Assembly: GCF_028641065.1 (NCBI RefSeq)
Contig: NC_073389.1
Location: 40,734,132 to 40,798,000 of the forward strand
Length of the DNA: 63,869 bases
Direction of reading: 5' to 3'
DNA from: Leucoraja erinacea
Lineage: Eukaryota
A program made the position numbers and the translations under genes. Numbering within the stretch: position 1 is the first letter of the stretch; each line of letters begins with the position of its first letter. Positions 54,065-63,869 of this stretch are shown one piece after another. The notes under the pieces are model-generated. The model saw nothing but the letters and a program-made list of their open reading frames with translations, had not been told where the DNA came from and did no database searches.

Positions 54065-54575
54065 AATAAAATATATTCACTGAAATTCCTACACTATTAA
54101 TAAATGTCAAGATTAGGGTGTAGTTGTACTTTCAAATTAAACTTAAAATTAAGTGGACACATTTAGGTGAATTTAGAATAAAATATATATTGCAAAATAT
54201 TTTTTTCAATAAAATATCTTCACTGAAATTCTAACACTATTAATAAATGTCAAGATTAGGGTGTAGTTGTACTTTCAAATTAAACTTAAAAATTAAGTTG
54301 ACACATTTAAGTGAATTTAGAATGAAATATGATCTATTGCAAAATATTTATTTAAATACAATATCTTCACTGAAATTCTAACACTATTAATAAATGTCAA
54401 GATTAGGGTGTAGTTTATAAACGTTCCAAAATAAATTTGATGAGAATATTTCTTGCAATAGCACCCAAACCAAATCTTCATATAAACATTTCAAAATAAA
54501 TTGGATGAGAATAGTTCTTGGAAAAGACCCAAACCAAATCGTCATATAAACGTTTCAAAATATATTAGATGATAA
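54065..54575. repeat. AT-rich tandem repeats upstream of CHD1L (about 145-bp unit x2.4, then about 64-bp unit x2.5)
   Basis: ttcactgaaatt..acactattaataaatgtcaagattagggtgtagtt at about 54076, 54219 and 54366; tataaac..ttcaaaata units at about 54416, 54481 and 54545. Confidence 0.85.
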
Positions 54576-54689
54576 AAGTCCACGCAACAATAGTCCATGC
54601 TAGCTAGATCTTTAAAGTGGAGAAGGGGCAGGCAAAGACACACACTCCCCCACCAACTCTCCCTCTGAAGTTTCGCTGCCATTGCAAGT

Positions 54690-55060
54690 TACTGACCCCA
54701 GCACCGACCGGGAGCGGGCGCAGGAGGGCGCTGGCGCCGGTGCCTCGGCCTTGCGGCTCCATTCAGTGCCGGGCACCGGGAGCCCGGGCGCCGCTCTTGC
54801 CTCCGCCACAGCTCGACAGTCTTGGAGGACTGGTTGACGAGACGGTTCTGGGTTCGGTTCCCACCACCGCTCCCGATCCCGCTCCTCGTCAGCGCTAAGC
54901 ATGTCCCACTTTCTGCAACGCCTTCGCCAAATGTCCGGCCCGCAGGTGGGAGAGAGTGAGCGGTTTGTGGAGCAGGATGTTAGGAGCTGGGGGTTGACAG
55001 GTTGGTGTTTCTTCACCGGCGAGTGAGAGAGGATTGGGTCAGGGATTCTCCGCATCGACC
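54690..55060 (+). promoter_or_regulatory. CpG-island-like region at CHD1L 5' end
   Basis: GC/CpG-rich block spanning the start codon. Confidence 0.6.
54901..55000 (+). CDS. CHD1L: CHD1L coding exon 1
   Basis: [33 protein letters not shown](G)|gttggt. Confidence 0.85.
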
Positions 55061-58000
55061 TCCCCTCCACCGGACCCTAACACTCCCCACCACAACCTCG
55101 GACTGATCCCCCTTCCCCACCCCAGCCAAGACTGATTCCCCCTTCCCCCACCCCAGCCAAGACTGATTCCCCTGACCACAGCCCAGACTGACCCCCCCCC
55201 CCCCCCACACAGCCCAGACTGACCCCCCCACACCCAGACTGATCCCCCCCACAGCCCAGACTGATCCCCTCCAGCCCAGACTGATCCCCTCACAGCCCAG
55301 ACTGATCCCCTCACAGCCCCCACTGACCCCCCCCAGCCCAGACTGACCCCCCACAGCCCAGACTGACCCCTCCCCCACAGCCCAGACTGATCCCCCACAG
55401 CCCAGACCCCCTCACAGCCCAGACTGATCCCCTCACAGCCCAGACTGACCCCCCCACAGCCCAGACTGACCCCCTCACAGCCCAGACTGATCCCCTCCCC
55501 ACAGCCCTAGACTAACCCCCCCACAGCCCGGATTGACCCCCCCCCACAGCCCAGACTGATTCCTCTGACCCCAGACCAGACTGATCCCCACCCTCACCCC
55601 CACAGCCCAGACTGATCCCCCCCCCAGCCCAGACTGACCCCTCCCCACAGCCCAGACTGACACCCCCCCCCCCCACAGCCTAGACTGACACCCCCCCCCC
55701 CCCCACAGCCCAGACTGACCCCCCACAGCCCAGACTGATCCCATCCCCAGCCCAGACTGATCCCCCTCATCCAGACTAACCCCCCCTCATTCAAGTCCAG
55801 ACAGATTCCCCCCTTCACCGGTATGGCACAACTACATTGTACCTCAGCTGAAATTCATAAAGATCTTGTGCAAGTTGAACAATACTTCAATGCTCTCTTT
55901 ATAATACTTCAAACTTTTCTACATTGCAATACCCCTGCGTGCCACTGGCTTTTACCATTACTCTATAATTAAGGTCCCTAAAACCAGTTTACAGTTGAGA
56001 TTTTTAAAGGAAGTAGCAGAGAATATCTTCTCTTGATCCAGGAACTCTCTTACACTTGACTACTTGTTTGCATCATTCCATGTTTCAGTCAACAGTGACA
56101 GACAAAACACAAGGGATTATAGATCGGTGAGGTCCATTGTTAGGAAATGGACAGAACTAGTTAAAACAATTCTTATGCAACAAGAGATATAGAGTCGGGC
56201 TAATTGGCAAAATATGCATTGCGGTGATGTTCCACTGTATATGGGAGTCAATTATTAATTGTTTATTAATGTAATTGGGATTCATGTTAGTTCATTATCA
56301 CATATGGATGATTGAATCAAAGTTTTTCACTGTATCGATACATAACACAATAATAAACCAATACTAATACCAAATCCAGATGATATTACAATACGCTCCA
56401 ATAAAATCAGCATATATGGAAACACAATATCAATGAAAATATATTAATAGATTATGTGAATGGGTAAGAAGTGTGGAAAATGAATTTCAATACAGGCAAA
56501 TCAGAAGTGATTAAAAAGCAAAGAACAGAGTGCTTTCATAATAAACTGTAAGGATTTGGGGATCAATACATACATTTAAGTGTTTCAGCTGGTGGCTCTT
56601 GCACCTATAAAGTTGTAGCTCTTGTTCCATTCCAGAGGCTCGAGCACAGATATCTTGCAGGCTCTCTTGAATTGAAGAAATGCTGCACAGTTGGAACTCC
56701 TCTCTTTAGAATGGAATATTAAACTGAAGCCCCATCAGTTACCTTGGGGGTGGACCTAAAAGATACCATGGTGCTCACAAATGGTTATGGTGCAAAGATG
56801 AACAAATAGTGAATCTCAATGAGCCAAAGATAGACACAAAAATGCTGGAGTAACTCAGCGGGACAGGCAGCATCTCTGGATAGAAGGAATGGGTGACGTT
56901 TCGGGTTGAGACCAGACTTCAATGAGCCGGCAGCTGATTACTGTCTTGTTGGTCAACTGCAATGTTGGCTGGTGTGGGCAAGTTGGGCCGATGAGCATGT
57001 TTCCACACTGTATCACTGTGTGCCTCTATACAAGATCTTACAACGTCATTATATCTCCAGCTACAGCATATTTTCCCATTTCTCCAAACTTCAGGTACAA
57101 TTGTGATCAATATAACTTTAATATAGGGCTCTGTTACCAGTCAGAAAATTGACACAAAAACCTGGAGTAACTCAGCGGGACAGGCAGCACCTCTGAAGAG
57201 AAGGAATGGGTGAGGTTTCGAGTCATGACCCTTCGTTGTTACCACTCATATGCTTTCTTTTTAGGTATAAATCTCCGTTCATATCAACTGAATGGCCTAA
57301 ATTGGCTTGTTCATTGTCACACTGTTCAACATGGCAGCATCCTTGCAGATGAGATGGGTCTTGGTAAAACGTGTCAGGTAAGACAACCGGCACAAAACTT
57401 TTAATTCTACCGGTTTAAAGAAATAGTTAACATTGGTGTAGATCATTTTAAAAGTAATTCTGAACATAAGAAGATAAAACAGGAGCAGTCACAGGTCATT
57501 CAGTTTCTTGGGCAGCCGTGACATTGTATGAGATCACGGTTGAGCTTAACACCATTCCCCTGCCGTTTCCCCATATCCCTTCATGCTTTTAATATCCAGT
57601 AATCTATGGCTCTCAATTATTTATCATCCACATTTCTCGGGAGTAGAGAATTCTAAAGTTTCACTCAGAATGCTATAAAAATAAGCAAATTTAAATAATT
57701 AAAACATTAAGCCAAAGATATAGATAGATATGCCATTTATTGTCACTATACATGTACAGTGAAACTGAAAGCTGCTCGTACTCAGTGCATACATACAATT
57801 TTACACAAAAAACAAGAAACAGAAAAACAAAACAGAAGGGAGATGGGGGGGGGAATAGGTGCACAAATTCTCGGCGCTACATACATATATACATATATAC
57901 AGATGGAAGTCCGTGTCACTCAGTCAATGCTATAAAATTTAAGCATAATTCTCGGGAAGCAATTAAAACATTAAACCAAAGGATTTGATAATGAATTTAA

Positions 58001-61000
58001 GGGCAGCAGGTCGAATCAGTCCAAACGCAGGATTTTCTGTCTCTAAAATTTGCTCTATAAGGCACCGGGAGGTGTAGATGTCCATCAGGGAGGGGGAGGG
58101 CAAGATCCTCTGCGCTGTCCTTCATGCGCATGGATAATGAATTTAAATAAAATAATCATAGTTTCCTATTTTCTTTCTAAAATTTGCTCTATAACCCTTC
58201 TTGAAATTGGTGGGGTCTCACGTGTAGTGCCAGGACTCAATTGGTGTTGGATCCATGAGATAATTCACCAATGTAAAGATGGAGTATCCCAACAAGCCAG
58301 GTCTCTTCCAGTGAAATCCATGTAGAGATTAGCAGTAGAGCAACCTGATGGAAGGTGTACATCGCACACTCTATACTTGGAAGTCTGGGATTGACCTTTG
58401 GACCAATGGTTAAATGCTGATGGTACTAATCAGAACCACTGTACTGAAAGACCATGCGACCTGGATTAACAGTGATGACTGGCCAAACATGGTGCTTAAC
58501 AATATGTGCAAAGTAATGTAGTTACAAGGATCTGCAGATGGTGGTTTATACCAAAGATAGACACAAAGTGCTGGAGTAACTCAGCCGGTCAGGCAGCATC
58601 TCTGGATAAAAAGGATGAGTTATATTTCAGATTGGGAGCCTTCTTCAGACGAAAAAGGTTCCCAATCCGAAATGTTGCTCATTCATTTTCTCCTGGGATG
58701 CTGCCTGACCCATAGAGTTACTCCAGCACATTTTGTCTATCTTGTGCAAAATTATGTGGTTAAGTTACCAGAATTTTGAGGCCTAGTCTGGTATTCGAGG
58801 GATACAAGTTTGGGTTCCATCATGTCAATTGGGAAATTTAGGTCCAGGTAATTATATAATTTGGAAATGAAGAACTGATGTTGATGATGGGAACCACGTA
58901 ATTAAACCGATCTATGCAGAAATCCATTTGCTTCATTAATATAATTCAAGGAAAGATATATTGTGTTTTTTTTTGTTTGGTTGATCCGATATGTGACTCA
59001 GTTCCACCGATCTTGATTCTAATCTTCCCTCGGAAATAGCCAAGCACAGCATTCAGTTCCGAGAGTAATTGGGAATTGATAATAAGTGCTCAACTTAGAA
59101 GGACAGCTGCATCCTGTGAATGAGCAAAATAACATTGTGCATTTGAGCATTTCATAATACACTATACTACAATAAAATAAACTGGATACTTAAGACAGAA
59201 AAGGAATATTGGTATTGACAACCAAAGACTCTTATATTAGCATAAATGACCTTAAAGGTGTCATTTAAAGTGGATCTTAAACCAATGGAGTAAATTGTTG
59301 AGTAAATTAGTGAACTGCAGAGCATGGTGCTGTGACGGGTGACAAAGATGTCTGAGTGATATAGAACTGACACAGGCCAGTAAGTCTATATTGACCATCA
59401 AGTACCCATTCACACTTCTTCTCACACTCACATCACCTTTTCCTCAGATTCTACCTCTCACTTAAACATTAGGCTCAATTAACATTAGCCATTTAACCTG
59501 CCAACCCGCATGTCTTTGTGATGTGGGACAAAATCAGGACACCCAGGGAAGCCCATGCAATCAGGGCAAGAATATGCGAACTCCGCACAGACAACAATAA
59601 ATATTCAGGATTGATCCCAAGCTGCTGGAGCTGTGAGGCAGCAGGTATACGAGCTGTGCCACTTTACTGCTGATGTGTTATAATCAAGATTGATTCATAT
59701 GAATGGAGTGTAGTTGGACAAGTTGTACACTGCAAGCTAAGCCACAAAGCAGAGCATGGCCATGATGTGTTTAAGTGTGAGAATTAAACGTTAAATTGTT
59801 GGAGGAATTTTAAACCAGGAGTGATGGACATTTGGGATTTAGTGAAGACCTACGCAGTGACATTTCTGTTCTTGTTTTTTTCAGTCAATATCTTTTCTCC
59901 TCTACCTAACTGGAAGACAAAAGGAGAAAGGCCCTTTCCTGATCCTGTGTCCGTTGTCAGTACTAAGGAATTGGACAGAAGAGTTGGGAGGGTAAATTAA
60001 GTATTGCTCTTGTTTCCTGCATGCATTAAACATAACGGCTGCACACTGAACATCCTTAACTGAAGCTTGTTTAGATTCTCTTATTTTTCCACTCCCTCCA
60101 TTCAAGATATCATACACCATACCATGAGAAAATATATAAAGGTAACTTCTTTATTAATACAGCTCTTGATTCTGAAAGCACCCTTTTAAAAAATAAATTT
60201 GTTTGATCTCACCGGGTAGCCGCTCTATCTCTCCCCCTCCCAGGTTGCACTAGCATCTCATTTTCACCCTGCAAACAGCTAAGAATAGCCTGTTTCCATT
60301 ATCATTGTTACTTTTTGCTTATCTTTCATTCATTGTAATCTCTCCACATCACCGTCTATATCTCTCGTTTCCCTTATCCCTAATCAATCTGAAGAAGGGT
60401 CTCGACCTGAAACGTCACCCATTCCTTCTTTCCAGAGATGCTGCCTGTCCCTCTGAGTTACTACAGCTTTTTGTGTCTATCTTTAATTTGTTTAACATGT
60501 CAGCCATGGGTCTCGTAATATCACTATCATCTTCCAAGTCGGAGATCAATCAAGTGCACTACTGAAGACATACTACTTTGTAAAAGAGAAGAGGATTTCT
60601 CTCCAGTGCACCAATATGTATCTCTAACCAAGCTCCACACGAAAATACCTTGTCATTTTTCTATTTTGGGCAATTGCCTGCTGCATTTCAAACAATACAA
60701 GACTAATTACATATCATAGCTACTTGCAAAGTGTTTTGGGACTTTATTAAAATCAGATATGCCATATGAATTGTCCCTTTTTTGTAATTAATGTTGATTG
60801 AATCACCATATGGAGAACGGTTGGAGCAGGCCCATGCCGTGCCAGATTTTTCATGATGGAGCTTCATTGTGCTATGCCACCACAACACTTTAATAATAAT
60901 TTATTTATTTTGCAGACTTGCTCCACGACTTTCATTAGTTGTGTACACTGGAGACAAAGATACAAGAATAGCGTCTCAACGAGACCTGGAAAATTGCAAT

Positions 61001-63408
61001 TTTCATGCACTCCTCACCACCTATGAGGTATTAGGATGACCAACATGTACACCTGTATTTCAATATAGTTTACAGCATGGTTACTTTAATGAAACTATCT
61101 TCATATATCAAATGAGACTGAATAATGGCATAATTATTGATTTTCTTAGGATAATTTCTGTCTACACGTTGTTTAATTCCGTCACATGATTTAAAACAAC
61201 AATGTGTTAACTGTTTTTCATGTTAAACTTTGCTTGGGGGGTTTATTTGTTTTTAAAATCGTACTGTATAGATATGAAATTGAGCTAATCTGTGGCATTT
61301 TAAAGCAGTAATTTTATATTGTCAAAAATCAAATGCTTGATGATCACAATATGCAAACATCTATATAGTTTCATGACTTAGACATATGCCTTTTTGCCTT
61401 CTTGATTGCATAAAAACAATTCCTGATAAAATTCTAAACATTTGTTGTTCTGCTTTAGATTTGCCTAAAAGATGCTTCTTTTCTGAGAAGGTGAGTTACT
61501 TTGCAAATTAGTTGTACAATTTAGATGCAAGATATAATTTTTACTTCATATTAGTCCAAACCAGTTTGTAATACCATAATTTGGTAATAAGCCTTCAATA
61601 AATGCAATCATATTACTTTGTTTTAAGTTTTCATATTACCAAATTATGGTATTGTTAGTATGAGAAACTGGAGGATGATAAGGATGTTCGCTAGCTGCAG
61701 CAGGGGTTGCATGCCATTGATTCCTACATGGCAAAACCAACTAGTAGCTCAAGTGTCAGTGAGGCATCACTGCAGGATGAGCCCAACGCTTTCTACGTTT
61801 ACTTTGAAAGGGGGAATGTATCTTCTCTGACCCCCATAGCCCCTGGCAACACTATTCTTTGGGGCAACAAGGCCGATGTCAGAAGATCCTGCATGAGGGT
61901 GAACTCTCAGAAAGAGACCAACTCTGATGGATTACCTTGCTACATTTTTAAAACCTGTGCGGACCAACTGGCTGCAATTTATGTGGATATTGCCAGTTTC
62001 TTGAACACTACACCATACGAGAGCGACTAGGATGTTCAATGGACTGTTTCTTTAGTTGCTCTATAGACTGTTTTTTGCACTAGTATGATGTTAGCATTAT
62101 GGTTATTATTTTATTGTATTTTGATTATTATATATTATTTGTGGCATTTATGACCATGTTAAGCTGCAGCAAGTAAGAATTTAATTGGTCCTTTGTCGGT
62201 TCATGACACTTAAACAAGCTTGACAGAAAGATTGATGTGCTGTTTTCAGATTCAACTGGAGTGTACTGATTGTGGATGAGGCACATAGGTTAAAGAACCG
62301 GAACTCTCTATTGTATAAGACTCTGAAAGCGGTAAGGCATTCTTTTCAAAATACAACCGCCGCATTTGCCGAGAATGTCACATCTTAGTTTCTGTCATTT
62401 TTCAATTTTATATAAACATTGCAGCATAAAAATAATGGAAATTTGCTTGTTTATTGCTAGTTTTCAGTACGATTCACACTTTTACTAACTGGAACACCAG
62501 TGCAGAATAATCTTCACGAACTGTACTCACTGCTGAGCTTTGTGGAACCAAAGGTCTTCTCAGAAGATGATATTGAAGAATTTGTTAATTATTACAGCAG
62601 TGTGGAAGAGAACACAAAACAAGGTATGCTTCTGTTCCTGCTTTACTTTTTAAAAAAAATTAAAAGTAAAAATGTTATATCCGGGTGTCAATAAAAGCTC
62701 AGTTAGTAGTACTCCCTGAGTCATAACATTATGGGTTGAAGTCCATGGATCAGCACAAAAATCTAGGCTCTTATTACTGACAGTTGGAGTTGCATTAATT
62801 TAGGGAAAAACTAAATTGAAGATCCTCCTATCCTTAAAGGTAAATGTAAAATACTATATGTCAATATTTCACATTATAGAGCTGAGGTTATACTTAATGT
62901 TCTGACCAATATTTATCCTTCAATTAACATAGTTACAACACAGATGATCTGATTTTTATTACATTGCTGTTCGAGGGAGTTTACTGTGCATGTCCAACAT
63001 CAGTGATTACACTTCAAGTATAATTGGTGTAAAATGCTTTGGATTAATTTGAGGCCCTTAGTAAATGCAAACTTTTATTTTAATCTTTTTATTTATCATC
63101 AAATTTCCATTTTAAAACAAGTAAAAATAATCATGGTTTCACCAATGTACATTTTAGTTTAATTTAATATTTTAAAATTAGAATATCCATTTGCGTTATT
63201 ACACCTGAGATTTATCTTGATTTTCATTGCATTTATTTTTCTCTCACCCTAGCCAAAGATCTGCATGGTCTAATGCAACCATTCCTCCTCAGAAGAATTA
63301 AGGCTGATGTTCTCTCTGAACTACCAAAAAAGATAGATGTTGTCTTGTATCATGGGATGTCTGCACTGCAGAAAAAGTACTATAAAGCCATACTGATGAA
63401 GGACTTGG
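54901..63408 (+). CDS. CHD1L: Chromodomain-helicase-DNA-binding protein 1-like (ALC1, SNF2-family remodeler), exons 1-8, 3'-partial
   Basis: join(54901-55000,57265-57377,59885-59991,60916-61027,61459-61490,62250-62331,62461-62623,63253-63408). [103 protein letters not shown]; no N-terminal chromodomains. Confidence 0.96.
55095..55815. repeat. C-rich minisatellite (about 20-bp unit CACAGCCCAGACTGA(T/C)CCCC) in CHD1L intron 1
   Basis: Roughly 30 imperfect tandem copies with variable-length C runs. Confidence 0.95.
56826..56918 (-). mobile_element. Short Penelope-derived insertion with 10-bp TSD
   Basis: TCAATGAGCC at 56816-56825 and 56919-56928 flanking the family body and a half hammerhead core. 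Confidence 0.7.
57265..57377 (+). CDS. CHD1L: CHD1L exon 2 (Walker A)
   Basis: tttttag|[14 protein letters not shown]...[13 protein letters not shown]|gtaaga. Confidence 0.95.
58528..58742. mobile_element. Degenerate palindromic Penelope-derived repeat
   Basis: agatagacacaaagtgctggagtaactc ... gagttactccagcacattttgtctatct arms with decayed cores at the centre. Confidence 0.68.
59470..59672 (-). mobile_element. Older tRNA-derived V-SINE copy
   Basis: Reverse-complement match to SINE head (gtggcacagc...gctgcctcacagctccagc...gatcaatcctga) and V-domain. Confidence 0.6.
59885..59991 (+). CDS. CHD1L: CHD1L exon 3
   Basis: tttcag|[34 protein letters not shown]|gtaaat. Confidence 0.93.
60225..60485 (+). 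mobile_element. Penelope-derived repeat with hammerhead-like core (60389-60416)
   Basis: Same family as 2577-2800; ctgaagaagggtctcgacctgaaacgtc. Confidence 0.72.
60916..61027 (+). CDS. CHD1L: CHD1L exon 4
   Basis: tttgcag|[17 protein letters not shown]...FHALLTTYE|gtatta. Confidence 0.93.
61459..61490 (+). CDS. CHD1L: CHD1L exon 5
   Basis: gctttag|[10 protein letters not shown]|gtgagt. Confidence 0.92.
61660..62000 (+). mobile_element. Rex1/Babar-like LINE ORF fragment
   Basis: [15 protein letters not shown]...DVRR...VNSQKE...DGLP...[14 protein letters not shown] resembles LPDELNAFYARFE...GPDGIP..LK.CADQLA. Confidence 0.65.
62250..62331 (+). CDS. CHD1L: CHD1L exon 6 (DEAH box)
   Basis: ttttcag|[27 protein letters not shown]|gtaagg. 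Confidence 0.95.
62461..62623 (+). CDS. CHD1L: CHD1L exon 7
   Basis: ttgctag|[30 protein letters not shown]...NTKQ|gtatgc. Confidence 0.95.
63253..63408 (+). CDS. CHD1L: CHD1L exon 8
   Basis: accctag|[26 protein letters not shown]...[10 protein letters not shown]|gtgagt. Confidence 0.95.
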
Positions 63409-63869
63409 GTGAGTACTAAATCTCTCTCTCTAAGCTGGATCTTTTAATTGATGAACGTTTTTCATGCACCTGTGCCTCATTGCACGTATATATGGCAATA
63501 AATTCAACTTGAAACTTTAAAAAAAAGCATTTAGACAATAACATTTGTAATATCAGCACTTTGTCTGACTATGCGGATGCTTCTGCACAGTTTTGCCATA
63601 CATTATAACTAATGTTGGCAAAACCCTGAATATCATGCCTGTGTGCACCAACTGATCTACTTAAGATGTCCATGTCACTCTCAAGCAATTTCCATGGAAT
63701 CGGAGACTCCCCTGCAAATGTGGAATTCACAGGCCTACTGGTCAACTTACACCATTTCCTGGCAGCATTCAGCATATTTGGCAGGGCAGTTCTTGCTGAA
63801 ATTGCCTGGGATATTTTGGGGAAGCTGCTTCTTGAATATCTGCAATGCCACTACGGGGAAGTGAAGAAT

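Noticed and set aside
54065-54575. Repeat-spacer array
   Set aside because: Whole units are duplicated in tandem, with no unique spacers
55013-55818. Gly/Trp/Val-rich ORFs, or a CRISPR-like array
   Set aside because: Translations of a tandem minisatellite; no unique spacers, no cas genes, eukaryotic intron

Overview
Vertebrate genomic DNA, most likely from a cartilaginous fish (skate/ray). That assignment is inferred from the repeat families: HE1/V-SINE-type SINEs, CR1/HER1-type LINE tails and abundant Penelope-derived repeats. Three intron-containing genes lie in tandem on the + strand: SFT2D2 (8 coding exons, 153-15347, 162 aa), TBX19/Tpit (8 coding exons, 30386-49958, 419 aa) and the first 8 exons of CHD1L/ALC1 (54901-63408, continuing beyond the window). 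All exons were reconstructed by hand with GT-AG boundaries and consistent phases. Introns and intergenic DNA hold a near full-length but disrupted HERO-clade (R2-superfamily) retrotransposon, many CR1 and Rex1/Babar LINE fragments, a retroviral RT relic, a Harbinger-type MITE, SINEs, a C-rich minisatellite and a 169-N gap. Two non-genic signals stand out. (1) More than a dozen dispersed Penelope-derived units carry a minimal type-I hammerhead-ribozyme-like core (CTGAAGA-helix II-GAAAC-GTC). Several are head-to-head palindromes and several are flanked by 10-17 bp target-site duplications. (2) Three independent local inverted duplications of 300-500 bp of host DNA are present. Repeat boundaries are approximate, and family assignments come from remembered motifs, not database searches.
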